DNA of 62,819 bases, filler included. It is 6 parts of 6 records of this genome, joined end to end, with 100 filler letters (N's around TTAATTAATTAA, not from the genome) between each part and the next. Parts side by side here need not be neighbours in the genome. Positions count along the whole stretch, not along the records: positions 41,726 to 62,819 come from DRR378314_756; 5 more parts are not named here. One strand, given 5' to 3'. Every line of letters starts with the position of its first letter. The stretch's first letter is position 1. The translations under genes and the position numbers were made by a program. Positions 44,394-55,598 of the stretch are shown piece by piece. The notes under the pieces were generated by a model that was given only the letters and a program-made list of their open reading frames with translations, made no database searches and was not told where the DNA came from.

Positions 44394-44729
44394 ATGAGTT
44401 TTTTAAAAAATAAAAAGTTAAATGTGATCACACTGTTAAGTGCTGCTTGCTTGTCATTTTCTGCTTGGGCTATCACGTTAGATGATGCTAAAAATCAAGG
44501 GGTTGTTGGTGAAGATAGCTCAGGTTATTTAGGTCTAGTAGTGCAAAGTGCAGAGGCGAAAGCAGTTGTTGATGAAATTAACGCAAAGCGCAAAGCACAA
44601 TATTTAAAACTTGCGAAAAAGAACAATTTGTCACTTGCGCAAGTAGAAGCATTAGCTGCAGCGAAAACGATTGAAAAAACCCGAGCAGGGCACTTTATTG
44701 AAGTAAATGGTGAGTGGGTTAAAAAATAA
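44394..44729 (+). CDS. ydbL: YdbL (DUF1318) family protein
   Basis: L..AK.QG.VGE...GYL..V; V..IN.KR...Y..LA; G.W.KK. Confidence 0.92.
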   Translation: MSFLKNKKLNVITLLSAACLSFSAWAITLDDAKNQGVVGEDSSGYLGLVVQSAEAKAVVDEINAKRKAQYLKLAKKNNLSLAQVEALAAAKTIEKTRAGHFIEVNGEWVKK

Positions 44730-44764
44730 ACTCAGCGCATTACTTAAAGGCATTAAAACCGAGC

Positions 44765-45325
44765 TTACTTGCTCGGTTTTTTACAGTTCTTTAATAAGGC
44801 TTGCCAAAAGTCGATGCCTTTACGGCGTGCTAAATTAATATTGTGCTCAGGGATTGACTCTGGCTCATTGTATTCATCTAACGCCGCGCTCATGCTTGCT
44901 TCACGTATTAAATGCAACGTAGGGAAAGGCGCTCGGTTGGTATAATTAGCGGCATCGTTTTCATCGCTATCAGCGAATACATAATCAGGATGAAAGTTCG
45001 CTATTTGGTACTTCCCTTCAAATCCCTGTGCTACAAGTAAAGCATTTGCTAAATCTACTAAATCTAAAAACTCCTCAAAATCAATAAAGCCTTGCTCAAA
45101 CATGATAAGTGTTGTTTCACGCTCAGGTAAAGAATTAAGTTGATTACACTGTTCAAGCATTTCCATTACCGCATCATCGATGCTAACACTTTGGCTGGTA
45201 TAATAATGAATGCAGTTATTCTCGACTTCTTTACGAGCGAACGGGCAGAAGTTGTATTTGACAATAACACTTGAGACCCACTGACGGGTTTGTAATTCAG
45301 CTAACGTGACGGTTTGATTGTTCAT
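44765..45325 (-). CDS. DUF1415 family protein
   Basis: W....I..YNFCPFA, ETTL, EG.YQIA.FHP.Y.F, NYTNRAP.P.LHLIRE. Confidence 0.92.
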   Translation of the reverse strand: MNNQTVTLAELQTRQWVSSVIVKYNFCPFARKEVENNCIHYYTSQSVSIDDAVMEMLEQCNQLNSLPERETTLIMFEQGFIDFEEFLDLVDLANALLVAQGFEGKYQIANFHPDYVFADSDENDAANYTNRAPFPTLHLIREASMSAALDEYNEPESIPEHNINLARRKGIDFWQALLKNCKKPSK

Positions 45326-46584
45326 GATTTAATATACTGATTAATTATGGTGAGTGTATTTGCAATAGCGCCTTGATTATTTATTAGGCACTTGTTGGCT
45401 TGTAATCCGAGTGCTTTAGTTAATTCAGGTTGGTTTGCATATAAGCAAAGCTGCTTGTAAAGCTCGTCGCTAGTTTTTACTTGTATGCAGCCGCCAAGCG
45501 TTACTAGCTCTGGGTAAACATGGTTAAAATTATAGGTGTGCGGGCCAGATAGTACCCCTACAGAAAATGCAGCTGCTTCAAGCGGGTTATGGCCACCACG
45601 CTCAATTAAACTCCCCCCGATATAACTTATATTAGCCATGCCATAGAGGCATTGTAATTCACCTAGGGTATCCGCTAATAACACTTGCTCATTAGCATAA
45701 TTATTTTCGCTTCTACGGCTAAATGTAAGGGCTGAATTAGTGAGTAGATCGGCAACTTTATTAAACTGTTCTGGATGGCGTGGTGCAATGACTAGTAGTG
45801 CATCAGGGAATTGCGTAAGTAAATGTGAATGAACTTGTAGAATAAGTTCATGCTCAACCGGGTGAGTTGAGCCTGCAACCCAGATAAAGCGTTGCTGGTT
45901 ATAAAGTGATTTTAATTCAGACACCTTTTCAAGTTGTGTTGTGTTTGGTTGAATATCAAATTTAATTGAGCCAGTTACTGCTACTTTATCAGGTGTTAAG
46001 CCGAGTTCAATAAAGCGTTGTGCGTCTTGTTGGTTATGACTCGCTAGGCGTGTTATTGAGTTCATTATCACACGGGTTAGTGGCTTTATTTTATTATAGC
46101 CTTGCTGTGATTTTGCCGATAAACGCGCGTTTAATACCAGCACCGGAATGTGTTTATTTTGGCACTGAGCCATTAAGTTTGGCCAAAGTTCAGTTTCTAA
46201 TATGCACAGTGCTTGCGGTTGAATATTTTTTAAAAAACGAGCCGTTGCCGATGGAAAGTCAAGCGGCAAGTAAAGCGCCTGTACAGAGTCTTTAAAGTTG
46301 TTTTTTATTTGCTCACGACCCGTAGGGGTATTACAGGTGATAATAATTGCTAACTCAGGGTGCGCTAATTGTAGTTGCTTTATTAAAGGTGTTGCAGCAA
46401 GTACCTCACCCACTGAGGCGCAGTGAATAAGCAAAGGAGAAATTCTGTCAGCTTTTACCAATCCAAAGCGCTCAGCAAAGTGGTGACGATACGCCGAGTT
46501 TTTTTTACCTCTTATTCCATACAGGTAAAAAACAATCAATGGGCTTAATAAATAAAGAATAAGCGAATAACAAAAGCGTGCCAT
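45322..46584 (-). CDS. waaA: Kdo transferase
   Basis: IHCASVGE, T..TPTG, YLPLD, ETELWPN, NARLS, TGSIKFD, AGSTH..E, PRHPE.F, GGHNPLE. Confidence 0.97.
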   Translation of the reverse strand: MARFCYSLILYLLSPLIVFYLYGIRGKKNSAYRHHFAERFGLVKADRISPLLIHCASVGEVLAATPLIKQLQLAHPELAIIITCNTPTGREQIKNNFKDSVQALYLPLDFPSATARFLKNIQPQALCILETELWPNLMAQCQNKHIPVLVLNARLSAKSQQGYNKIKPLTRVIMNSITRLASHNQQDAQRFIELGLTPDKVAVTGSIKFDIQPNTTQLEKVSELKSLYNQQRFIWVAGSTHPVEHELILQVHSHLLTQFPDALLVIAPRHPEQFNKVADLLTNSALTFSRRSENNYANEQVLLADTLGELQCLYGMANISYIGGSLIERGGHNPLEAAAFSVGVLSGPHTYNFNHVYPELVTLGGCIQVKTSDELYKQLCLYANQPELTKALGLQANKCLINNQGAIANTLTIINQYIKS

Positions 46585-46737
46585 TTTTAAGCCTCAAATA
46601 ATAAAGGGTAATAATAACGTGGATACTTAAGAAGCTAAATATGAAATTGTTAAAAAGCGTTATTTGAGAGAGTTTTGAGTGTTTAGTTTGCCCTAATTTG
46701 GTAATATTTGGCCACTTATTAGAAAATGTGTGATGTT

Positions 46738-48228
46738 ATGGAATTCAAATTTATTAAAGCCGCGGTAGTCGCCAGTTTTTTAGCAGGTGCGTTTCCAGCT
46801 CTTGCTAGCCCCACTGCTTATTTACCAATTGGCATGGATGCGCAGCTTGATCACCAACTTGATACCTTATTTGCACTTACGTCGGGCACGCCTATGGCAA
46901 AGCCGTACCGCCTTAGTGAGGTAGAAGCAGCACTAAGCAAATTACAAGCCACAGAGCCAGCTCTAGTTAGTGCAATTCGTACTAAAATAAAGCCCTATCA
47001 AGGCACTGATAATATCACCCGCGTTGGCGTAAAACTCACAGTGGATGGTGATAAAGCAGTAAAGCTTGCTAATCAACGTGGAGTAAGCTCTGATGAGTGG
47101 GGGCAAGGTTTTTTTGAAGGTATTTGGCGACCGAACGATTACATGTTGATGCAAGTTGGCGCAGATTACCGTGCACAACAGAATAAATTTACCAACTATA
47201 ATAGTTTCATAAGTTTTGCAGGTGACGACTTGCAGCTAAATATTGGCTATAAAGAACATTGGTTTTCGCCTTTTAAGCAATCAGCACAAATAATTTCAAC
47301 TAATGCTCGTACGTCGCCATCAATTTCGTTAGGTATGGTGGCGCCAGCGCATAATTGGTGGAACTTTGATTTCGAGCTTTACTACTCTGAGCTTGAACAT
47401 GTGGAAAAAGGTATTTTATATCAAGGTGAATTGCATGACGGCACGCCAAAACTTGCTGGAACACATATTAGTATCGAGCCTATAAGTGGTTGGAAAATTG
47501 GTTTAAACCGTATGATGCAGTTTGGTGGCGGCCCTCGCGAAGCAAGCGCTGGAGATGTATTTAAAGCGTTCTTTGATCCTGCTGGTAATGATAATGCTGC
47601 TATGGTTGAAGGTGGGCGAGATAACGAGTTGGGTGATCAGTATGTCACGATCACAAGCAGTATTAATTTTGATTGGGGCATGCCTGCAGAGTTTTACTTT
47701 GAGTATGGTGGTGAAGATACAAAAAACCATAAAAATTACCAGTTTGGTAATACGGTAGCGAATATTGGTTTATTTTTACCTCAACTCACCAATGAATTGT
47801 CATTTAGATACGAATATACCAATATGCATAGCCTTTGGTATGTGAATCAAGTGTATCCTGTTCATGGAAATACGAAAGATGGTTTTAGCACGGGTCACTT
47901 CGCAGCAGATCAACGCTACCTAGAACAGCATTCAGGTAGTACTACACACGTATACGCTGATGCACCTCCAACACAAGTTCACTCAGTTGAGTTAATGTAT
48001 AATGATAATTATAGTTCTCTTTGGCGTGCAAAGTTAACCAGCATAGAAAATGAAAGTAATTACTTAAATGAGTTTGGCCAAACAACTGCTAATTATGAAC
48101 AAGCGATTAAGCTACAACTAAGCAATAACCGACAATGGCAAGAGTATAATATAGAAACCACATTGACGTATGGCGAAGATGTGTTTGGTGATGATTATGC
48201 TTGGTTATCCGTTGCACTTTTCTGGTAA
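46738..48228 (+). CDS. Capsule assembly Wzi-family outer-membrane protein
   Basis: Signal peptide; HWFSP......STNA; IGLNR.MQFGG..R; ND..GDQ; Y.EY.GED; terminal aromatic residues (FW). Confidence 0.75.
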   Translation: MEFKFIKAAVVASFLAGAFPALASPTAYLPIGMDAQLDHQLDTLFALTSGTPMAKPYRLSEVEAALSKLQATEPALVSAIRTKIKPYQGTDNITRVGVKLTVDGDKAVKLANQRGVSSDEWGQGFFEGIWRPNDYMLMQVGADYRAQQNKFTNYNSFISFAGDDLQLNIGYKEHWFSPFKQSAQIISTNARTSPSISLGMVAPAHNWWNFDFELYYSELEHVEKGILYQGELHDGTPKLAGTHISIEPISGWKIGLNRMMQFGGGPREASAGDVFKAFFDPAGNDNAAMVEGGRDNELGDQYVTITSSINFDWGMPAEFYFEYGGEDTKNHKNYQFGNTVANIGLFLPQLTNELSFRYEYTNMHSLWYVNQVYPVHGNTKDGFSTGHFAADQRYLEQHSGSTTHVYADAPPTQVHSVELMYNDNYSSLWRAKLTSIENESNYLNEFGQTTANYEQAIKLQLSNNRQWQEYNIETTLTYGEDVFGDDYAWLSVALFW

Positions 48229-48278
48229 TAAGTGGCCTTTAGTATTTATATACCGTAACAAATTTGAGAGAAATATGT

Positions 48279-48869
48279 ATGTCTAACACTGACTCAGTAG
48301 CAGCGAGCTACCTTGAAAGTTTAACCCGTCATCAAACTTTGTTTGAGACGATGGAAACGTATCACCCACAAGTAATGCAATTGCTTGAGGTGTGCCATAG
48401 TGTGTTACAGGCGGGCGGCAAAGTAGTCTGGTTTGGTAATGGTGGCAGCGCCGCTGATGCGCAGCACTTAGCGGCTGAATTCGTGGTGCGTTATAAGTTA
48501 GAGCGCGGACCATTGGCATCTATAGCATTAACGACAGACACGTCTATATTAACAGCCCACAGCAACGACTATCATTTTGACACTGTGTTTGAACGCCAAG
48601 TACAAGCACTCTGTAAGCCTGAAGATTTAGTCATTGGCTTAACAACATCAGGTACCAGTGCCAATATCAATTTAGCTCTAGCTGCAGCAAATGAAATTGG
48701 TGCTTATACAGTTGCCTTTACCGGCCGTGATGGTGGTAAAGTCAAAGACATTGCAAAACTACCGATCATTATCAAAGATGATGAAACAGCACGTATCCAA
48801 GAAGCACATATGTTTATCGGTCACTGGTTATGTGAAGCGATTGATATGGTTGTTGCGGGGCAAGAGTAA
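48279..48869 (+). CDS. gmhA: Phosphoheptose isomerase
   Basis: [39 protein letters not shown]. Confidence 0.95.
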   Translation: MSNTDSVAASYLESLTRHQTLFETMETYHPQVMQLLEVCHSVLQAGGKVVWFGNGGSAADAQHLAAEFVVRYKLERGPLASIALTTDTSILTAHSNDYHFDTVFERQVQALCKPEDLVIGLTTSGTSANINLALAAANEIGAYTVAFTGRDGGKVKDIAKLPIIIKDDETARIQEAHMFIGHWLCEAIDMVVAGQE

Positions 48870-50308
48870 TGGAGCTAGGGCTGCTTAAAAATTTATCTAA
48901 CGCTAAGATACTGGTTGTTGGCGATGTCATGTTGGACCGCTATTGGCATGGTGATTCAGGGCGTATTTCGCCAGAAGCACCAGTACCGATTGTTAAGGTG
49001 AGTAAGTTTGAAGATAAAGCTGGTGGTGCGGCTAATGTAGCTAAAAATATTGCTCGGTTAGATGGTAAAGTTGGTTTGCTTGGTTTAATTGGCGAGGATG
49101 AAAGTGGTCAAATCCTTGAAAATATTTTAAATGATGAGCGCATTGATTCGCAGCTAGTGAGTGTGTGTGATTTACCGACTATATCTAAAATGCGTGTTAT
49201 CAGCCGCCACCAACAAGTTGTTCGCTTAGATTTAGAAGAAAAATTTACCGAGCAGCACAGCCAATTATTATTAAATCGCTTAGAACTTGTTTTAGAACAG
49301 TATGATTTTGTGCTTTTTTCAGATTACGATAAAGGCTCGTTGAGCTTAATTCAAAAAATGATTCAAGTGGCTAAAGCGGCAGGTAAAACGGTTCTTATTG
49401 ACCCTAAATCATCAGATTTAAATCAGTATCGTGGTGCTGATTATATCACGCCAAATTTAAACGAGTTTAAGCTTGCAGGTGGGCAAGCTGATTCAGAGCA
49501 AAGTTTATCTGACAGCGCACGCCAACTAATAAAAGATGCCGGTGTTGCAGCTATGCTACTTACTCGTTCAGAGCAAGGCATGTCATTGATCAGCGCAAAT
49601 GAGAAATATGATTACTCGGCGCAGCAGCTAGAAGTCAGTGATGTAACTGGCGCGGGCGATACGGTTATTGCAACGCTTGCGGTAATGCTTGGAGCTGGTA
49701 TGCAGCCTAAAGATGCTGTTGAAGTTGCTAACCTTGCAGCGGGTATTGCTGTTAGTAAGCTTGGTGCCGCAACAGTCTCTCCTGAAGAGTTAAGTCGTAA
49801 GCTTGGTCAGTATTTACAAAAAAATGGCGAGCATTATCAAACACCGTTTGATGATGTATTGCAGCACATAGAGTTTGCAAAACAAAATGGTGAAACTATT
49901 GTATTTACCAATGGCTGTTTTGATATTTTACATGCGGGCCATGTACGTTATTTAGCACAAGCAAAAGCACGCGGCGATCGTTTAGTGGTTGGTCTAAATA
50001 ATGACGAATCTATTGCGCGTTTGAAAGGCCCACAAAGGCCTATTAACCCACTTGATGAGCGTGCAATGGTGTTGAGCGCATTGGCATCGGTTGATTGGGT
50101 CATTCCGTTTGGCAGTATTGACGAAAATGACACGCCGGCTAAGTTAATCGAGCAAATTAGCCCTGATATTTTAGTTAAAGGTGGTGACTATACTGTTGAG
50201 CAAATCGCGGGTGCTGAACACGTATTACGCCATGGTGGTAAGGTTGAAGTGCTGGAGTTTTTAGATGGTTGCTCAACCTCTAAAGTAATCAGTAAAATTA
50301 AATCTTAG
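48869..50308 (+). CDS. hldE: Bifunctional heptose 7-P kinase / heptose 1-P adenylyltransferase
   Basis: [10 protein letters not shown]...[37 protein letters not shown]. Confidence 0.98.
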   Translation: MELGLLKNLSNAKILVVGDVMLDRYWHGDSGRISPEAPVPIVKVSKFEDKAGGAANVAKNIARLDGKVGLLGLIGEDESGQILENILNDERIDSQLVSVCDLPTISKMRVISRHQQVVRLDLEEKFTEQHSQLLLNRLELVLEQYDFVLFSDYDKGSLSLIQKMIQVAKAAGKTVLIDPKSSDLNQYRGADYITPNLNEFKLAGGQADSEQSLSDSARQLIKDAGVAAMLLTRSEQGMSLISANEKYDYSAQQLEVSDVTGAGDTVIATLAVMLGAGMQPKDAVEVANLAAGIAVSKLGAATVSPEELSRKLGQYLQKNGEHYQTPFDDVLQHIEFAKQNGETIVFTNGCFDILHAGHVRYLAQAKARGDRLVVGLNNDESIARLKGPQRPINPLDERAMVLSALASVDWVIPFGSIDENDTPAKLIEQISPDILVKGGDYTVEQIAGAEHVLRHGGKVEVLEFLDGCSTSKVISKIKS

Positions 50309-51026
50309 GCTTAAGAGATGACTGGTACGCAGTATTTAATTGCTGCCAGTCGCTTTGTTGCCAATGCATTACCTGATTACGATTACGCTCCTTGTCAAAC
50401 GAGCGGAGTAAGCGCGATATATTCGCCTCTTGCCATTGACCTTTAACGGCCTTTATCTCACCTCTATCGAAATCGATAATATACACAGCGCCCGTATTGT
50501 CGAATAATATGTTATTAATGTTCAAATCAGCATGATAAACACCTAAGTTATGGAACTGGGCGATGGTGTTACCAACTTTTGTTAACTCATCAGATGTTAA
50601 GGCACGTTGTTTGAGTACATCAAGTAAGCTTTGTGCGCCTTCTATTGCTTGAGTAATAATATCGCCGCGGTAAATTAAACCGTGTTTAGTTACCTTTGCT
50701 GTAATGGGCTTTGGTACGTTGAGGCCCATCTCACAAAGTTTCATCATCAATGCGAACTCTTGGTAAACGCGGGTCTTTTCAAGGCCAAGGTACACGTATT
50801 GATCGCTTAAAACCTTACCGACTAAACCGCCGCGCCAATAGTGCCTGAGTACGGCAGTTAACTCGTTATGACAAAAGAACCACGCAGTGGCACGGCCTTT
50901 TTTGCTGCCGACTATTTTTTCTTGTTGTTGCCAATATTCAGCATCAAACCAATTTAAGCTAATTTGAGCGCTGTACGCTGGGTTGCTCAAAATAATGTGT
51001 TGATTGATTGTTTGTTGATTGAACAT
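50298..51026 (-). CDS. kdkA: Kdo kinase
   Basis: GRAT.WF, LRHY.RGGL, VP.P, HADLN..NIL, IDFDRG, N..RL.RSF.KE. Confidence 0.95.
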   Translation of the reverse strand: MFNQQTINQHIILSNPAYSAQISLNWFDAEYWQQQEKIVGSKKGRATAWFFCHNELTAVLRHYWRGGLVGKVLSDQYVYLGLEKTRVYQEFALMMKLCEMGLNVPKPITAKVTKHGLIYRGDIITQAIEGAQSLLDVLKQRALTSDELTKVGNTIAQFHNLGVYHADLNINNILFDNTGAVYIIDFDRGEIKAVKGQWQEANISRLLRSFDKERNRNQVMHWQQSDWQQLNTAYQSSLKPKI

Positions 51027-51146
51027 GGCTAAGATACTTTATTACAGGTAATGAGGTATCTTAACGCGTTTTAATGCTAAGCATAAGTACTTGCAATAGT
51101 GAGTGGTTAATTTAAGATCAAGCTCTAGTTAATAATAAAGTGAACA

Positions 51147-52229
51147 ATGCCTGTGAGCCAGACTGCAAACTATTCAGATATCTGTATTTTACGACTTTCA
51201 GCAATTGGTGATGTATGTCATGCGGTTTCTGCGGTACAAGCAATTCAAAAAGCTCATCCTAATGCAAAAATTACGTGGGTGATGGGTAAAATAGAATCCA
51301 TGCTATTGGCAGACTTACCTGGTGTAGAGCTTGTTGTATTCGATAAAAAACAAGGTAAGCAAGCATTTGAGCAGTTAAAGCAGCAATTTAAAGGCCGCAA
51401 GTTTGATGTGCTTTTACATATGCAAGTCGCTTTACGTGCAAACCTTGTGGCACGTTGCATTCCAGCAAAGGTCAAAGTTGGGTTTGATTGGGCGCGTGCT
51501 AAAGAGCTCCACAGCTTATTTATAAATAAACGTATAAAGGCAGAGCCGCAAGCACATGTACTCGAAGGATTTAAAGGGTTTGCAAAATCAATAGGAGTAC
51601 CTGACTACCAACCTAGCTGGGCTATGCCAGTAACAGCAGAAGATCAAATTGTCGCCGATGACTTGCTCGAGGCAAAGCGGCTTGCCAGCCCTATTTTTGT
51701 TATATCGCCAGCGGCGAGTAAAAAAGAGCGTAATTGGTTACCTGAGCGATATGCAGCCCTTGCAAATCATGCACATGGCCAAGGGTTTAAAGTAGTGATC
51801 ACTGGGGGGCCAACAGAGCTTGAAGTTGAGCTGAGTAAGCAAATTACTAGCTACGTTAACGCACCTATTTTAAACTTAGTTGGAAAAACAAAACTTAAAG
51901 AATTGTTGTGCGTGCTTAAGCGTGCCGCATTAGTGCTAGCGCCTGATACCGGGCCTGCTCATATGGCGGTTACAGTTGGTACGCCTGTTATTGGTTTGTA
52001 TGCCCACTCTAATCCAAAACGAACGGGGCCGTATTTGTATCAAAATTATGTGGTTGAGGTTTATCACCAAAATTTATTACAGCAAACAGGCAAAACCGCT
52101 GAGCAAGTGGCTTGGGGAACACGGGTTAAGGGGAGTGATTTAATGGCCCAAATAACCGTTGCAGACGTAACATTGATGTTCGATCTAGTCGTTAAAAAAG
52201 AGCAGCTGCTCGCAGCTAAGGTTTACTAA
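51147..52229 (+). CDS. Glycosyltransferase family 9 heptosyltransferase (OpsX-like)
   Basis: ILRLSAIGDVCH, SPAASK.ERNW, DTGPAHMA, GLYAHSNP.RTGPY, WG.RVKG. Confidence 0.92.
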   Translation: MPVSQTANYSDICILRLSAIGDVCHAVSAVQAIQKAHPNAKITWVMGKIESMLLADLPGVELVVFDKKQGKQAFEQLKQQFKGRKFDVLLHMQVALRANLVARCIPAKVKVGFDWARAKELHSLFINKRIKAEPQAHVLEGFKGFAKSIGVPDYQPSWAMPVTAEDQIVADDLLEAKRLASPIFVISPAASKKERNWLPERYAALANHAHGQGFKVVITGGPTELEVELSKQITSYVNAPILNLVGKTKLKELLCVLKRAALVLAPDTGPAHMAVTVGTPVIGLYAHSNPKRTGPYLYQNYVVEVYHQNLLQQTGKTAEQVAWGTRVKGSDLMAQITVADVTLMFDLVVKKEQLLAAKVY

Positions 52230-52777
52230 TGTTAAATAAAGCGCTTTTTTTAGACCGTGACGGTGTTGTTAATGTTGATCATGGTTATGTGTATGAACCT
52301 GAGAAGTTTGAATTTATCGACGGTGTATTTTCTGCCTGTAAGGCGTTTGTTGATGCAGGCTATAAATTAATCATCGTGACCAATCAATCAGGAATAGGGC
52401 GAGGTTATTATACTGAGGCTGATTTTCATGCGCTGAGCAACTGGGTTATAGCGCAATTTGCAGAGCATAATATCACTGTCAGTGGGATTTATTTTTGCCC
52501 TCACCATCCAAAAAAAGCACTTCCAGAATATCTAAAGGAATGTCAGTGCCGCAAGCCTGCACCAGGGATGTTGCTACAAGGTATTGATGAGCACCATATT
52601 GATGCTACGCAAAGTATTATGGTGGGCGATAAGCTTAGTGATATGCAAGCCGCAAGTAATGCGAATATTACAACTAAAGTACTTGTACGCTCAGGCCAAG
52701 TATTTGATAGTAGCGCTATAGCAGCGGCAGATCATATCAGTGACTCTTTAGCTGATTTACCTGCATTACTGTTGTAG
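52229..52777 (+). CDS. gmhB: D-glycero-D-manno-heptose 1,7-bisphosphate phosphatase
   Basis: FLDRDGV.N.DHGYV, VTNQSGI.RG, CPHHP...C.CRKP.PGM, MVGDK.SD. Confidence 0.96.
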   Translation: MLNKALFLDRDGVVNVDHGYVYEPEKFEFIDGVFSACKAFVDAGYKLIIVTNQSGIGRGYYTEADFHALSNWVIAQFAEHNITVSGIYFCPHHPKKALPEYLKECQCRKPAPGMLLQGIDEHHIDATQSIMVGDKLSDMQAASNANITTKVLVRSGQVFDSSAIAAADHISDSLADLPALLL

Positions 52778-52932
52778 CTAAATATAAACTGGCAGCTTAA
52801 GTTGTCAGTCTCAATTTATGCGATGAACTACAAACAGTGCATTTAGTTGGCTAAACTTTTACAATAGCCACAATTCGTGATCAGCGATTAAATTTACGTT
52901 TGATTACCCGTTCAATTATTTGGAGATTTCAG

Positions 52933-54129
52933 ATGAGAGCATCTGCATTTTTTAGCCAACTTCAGCAGCAAATTGATGAAGTAAAAGCCGAAGGTCTGTA
53001 TAAAAGTGAGCGAGTAATTACCTCGCAACAACAAGCGCAAATTCAAGTTGCTTCAGGTGACAAAGTTATTAACTTTTGTGCTAACAATTATTTAGGCTTA
53101 GCAAACAGCCCTGAGTTAATTGCAGCCGCACAACATGGCCTTGATGAACATGGTTTTGGTGTTGCGTCAGTACGTTTTATTTGTGGAACTCAAGATATCC
53201 ACAAAACGCTAGAACAAAAAATCAGTGAGTTTTTAGAAACAGAAGACACCATTTTATATTCATCATGTTTTGATGCGAATGCTGGTTTATTTGAAACTAT
53301 TTTAGGCCCAGATGATGCCATCATCTCAGACTCTTTAAATCATGCCTCTATCATTGATGGTGTGCGTTTATGTAAAGCAAAACGTTTCCGTTATGCTAAC
53401 AACGATATGGCCGACCTTGAAAAGCAATTAATCGCAGCAGATGAAGCAGGCGCGAAGACAAAGCTTATCGCGACAGATGGTGTATTCTCAATGGATGGCG
53501 TTATTTGTAATTTAGAAGCTGTATGTGATTTAGCGGATAAATATGATGCATTAGTGATGGTTGATGATTCGCACGCTGTGGGTTTTGTTGGCGAAAACGG
53601 CAAAGGCACACCAGAGTACTGCAACGTGTTAGATCGTGTTGATATTATTACAGGTACTTTAGGTAAAGCGCTTGGTGGTGCATCAGGTGGTTATACTTCG
53701 GGTAAAAAAGAAATTGTTGAATGGTTACGTCAACGCTCGCGCCCTTATTTGTTCTCAAACTCGCTTGCGCCATCAATTGTAACAGCCTCAATTAAAGTGC
53801 TTGAAATGCTAGCCGATGGCAGTGAACTGCGTGCTAAGTTGTGGTCAAATGCTAAGTACTTCCGTGAGCAAATGGAAGCGGTAGGCTTTACCTGCGCAGG
53901 TAAAGATCACGCGATTATTCCTGTTATGTTAGGGGACGCAAAGGTGGCATCAGCAATGGCTGACAAACTCCTTGCTGAAGGTATTTACGTAACGGGTTTC
54001 TCATTCCCTGTTGTGCCAAAAGGTCAGGCTCGTATTCGTACGCAAATCTCAGCTGCACACAGCATTGAACAGCTAGATACGGCAATTTCAGCCTTTACCC
54101 GCATCGGTAAAGAAATGGGTGTTATCTAA
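52933..54129 (+). CDS. kbl: 2-amino-3-ketobutyrate CoA ligase
   Basis: [50 protein letters not shown]. Confidence 0.97.
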   Translation: MRASAFFSQLQQQIDEVKAEGLYKSERVITSQQQAQIQVASGDKVINFCANNYLGLANSPELIAAAQHGLDEHGFGVASVRFICGTQDIHKTLEQKISEFLETEDTILYSSCFDANAGLFETILGPDDAIISDSLNHASIIDGVRLCKAKRFRYANNDMADLEKQLIAADEAGAKTKLIATDGVFSMDGVICNLEAVCDLADKYDALVMVDDSHAVGFVGENGKGTPEYCNVLDRVDIITGTLGKALGGASGGYTSGKKEIVEWLRQRSRPYLFSNSLAPSIVTASIKVLEMLADGSELRAKLWSNAKYFREQMEAVGFTCAGKDHAIIPVMLGDAKVASAMADKLLAEGIYVTGFSFPVVPKGQARIRTQISAAHSIEQLDTAISAFTRIGKEMGVI

Positions 54130-54178
54130 TTAATTATTAAACCGCGGCATGTCCGCGGTTTTTATTGAGTGTGTGATC

Positions 54179-55204
54179 ATGAAAGCATTATCAAAATTAA
54201 AAGCAGAACCGGGCATTTGGATGACAGATGCACCAAAGCCAGAAGTAGGCCATAACGATTTATTAATTAAAATTCGTAAAACGGCTATTTGTGGTACCGA
54301 CGTACACATTTATAAGTGGGATGAGTGGGCACAAAATACCATTCCAACGCCTATGGTTGTGGGTCATGAATATGTTGGTGAAGTAGTCGACATGGGGCAA
54401 GAAGTTCGCGGTTTCAATGTAGGAGACCGTGTTTCAGGTGAAGGCCATATTACTTGTGGTCATTGTCGTAACTGTCGTGCAGGACGCGTACATTTATGCC
54501 GTAACACAACGGGTGTTGGTGTGAACAGAGAAGGCTCATTTGCTGAGTACTTAGTGATCCCTGCATTCAATGCGTTTAAAATTCCAGATAACATCAGCGA
54601 CGAGCTAGCATCTATTTTCGACCCGTTTGGTAATGCCGTTCATACTGCCTTGTCGTTTGATTTAGTAGGTGAAGACGTACTTATAACAGGTGCAGGTCCA
54701 ATTGGTATCATGGCGGCTGCTGTAGCTAAGCACGTAGGTGCTCGCCACGTAGTTATCACTGATGTGAATGAGTACCGCTTAGACTTAGCCCGTAAAATGG
54801 GGGCTACTCGCGCCGTAAATGTCGCCAACGAAAAACTTGAAGATGTAATGAATGACCTTGGTATGACTGAAGGGTTTGATATTGGTCTTGAAATGTCAGG
54901 TGTACCATCGGCTTTTAACGCTATGCTAAATAACATGAATCATGGTGGTAAAATTGCCATGCTCGGTATTCCACCGTCAGATATGGCGGTTGATTGGAAC
55001 CAAGTTATTTTTAAAGGCTTAGTGATCAAAGGTATTTACGGTCGCGAAATGTTTGAGACCTGGTATAAGATGGCCAGCCTTATTCAATCAGGCTTAGACC
55101 TAAACCCAATCATTACTCATCAGTATTCAGTAGATGACTTCCAAGCAGGCTTTGATATGATGATTTCAGGCCAGTCAGGTAAAGTTATCCTTAATTGGGA
55201 CTAA
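54179..55204 (+). CDS. tdh: L-threonine 3-dehydrogenase
   Basis: [45 protein letters not shown]. Confidence 0.98.
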   Translation: MKALSKLKAEPGIWMTDAPKPEVGHNDLLIKIRKTAICGTDVHIYKWDEWAQNTIPTPMVVGHEYVGEVVDMGQEVRGFNVGDRVSGEGHITCGHCRNCRAGRVHLCRNTTGVGVNREGSFAEYLVIPAFNAFKIPDNISDELASIFDPFGNAVHTALSFDLVGEDVLITGAGPIGIMAAAVAKHVGARHVVITDVNEYRLDLARKMGATRAVNVANEKLEDVMNDLGMTEGFDIGLEMSGVPSAFNAMLNNMNHGGKIAMLGIPPSDMAVDWNQVIFKGLVIKGIYGREMFETWYKMASLIQSGLDLNPIITHQYSVDDFQAGFDMMISGQSGKVILNWD

Positions 55205-55218
55205 CTTTTCTACTATGG

Positions 55219-55247
55219 AAAAAGGCGGCCTTATAGCCGCCTTTTTT
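55219..55247 (+). terminator. Terminator after tdh
   Basis: AAAAAGGCGGC-cttata-GCCGCCTTTTTT. Confidence 0.9.
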
Positions 55248-55280
55248 ATCAATTAAAAAGTATTATTTTAAGAGGCAGCA

Positions 55281-55598
55281 ATGGCATTTAAACATATTTC
55301 AATCGCCCAAACTCAAGAGCTACTTAATAAAGAAGACGTGGTGATTGCAGATATTCGTGATCCTAACTCATATCAAGCAGGCCACATTCCTGGCTCTGAG
55401 CATTTGTCGAATACTAATATTGGCGAATTTATGATGAACAAAGAGTTTGATCAGCCAATCATTATTGTTTGTTACCACGGTATGAGTTCGCAAGGTGCTG
55501 CTAACTACTTATCAGAGCAAGGGTTTGAAGACGTATATAGTATGGACGGCGGTTTTACACAGTGGGAAGTACAGTTGCCGGAGCTAGTTGAAAAATGA
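55281..55598 (+). CDS. glpE: Thiosulfate sulfurtransferase (rhodanese)
   Basis: DIRD..S...GHI, VCYHG.SSQGAA.YL..QGF..VYS.DGGF..W. Confidence 0.95.
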   Translation: MAFKHISIAQTQELLNKEDVVIADIRDPNSYQAGHIPGSEHLSNTNIGEFMMNKEFDQPIIIVCYHGMSSQGAANYLSEQGFEDVYSMDGGFTQWEVQLPELVEK

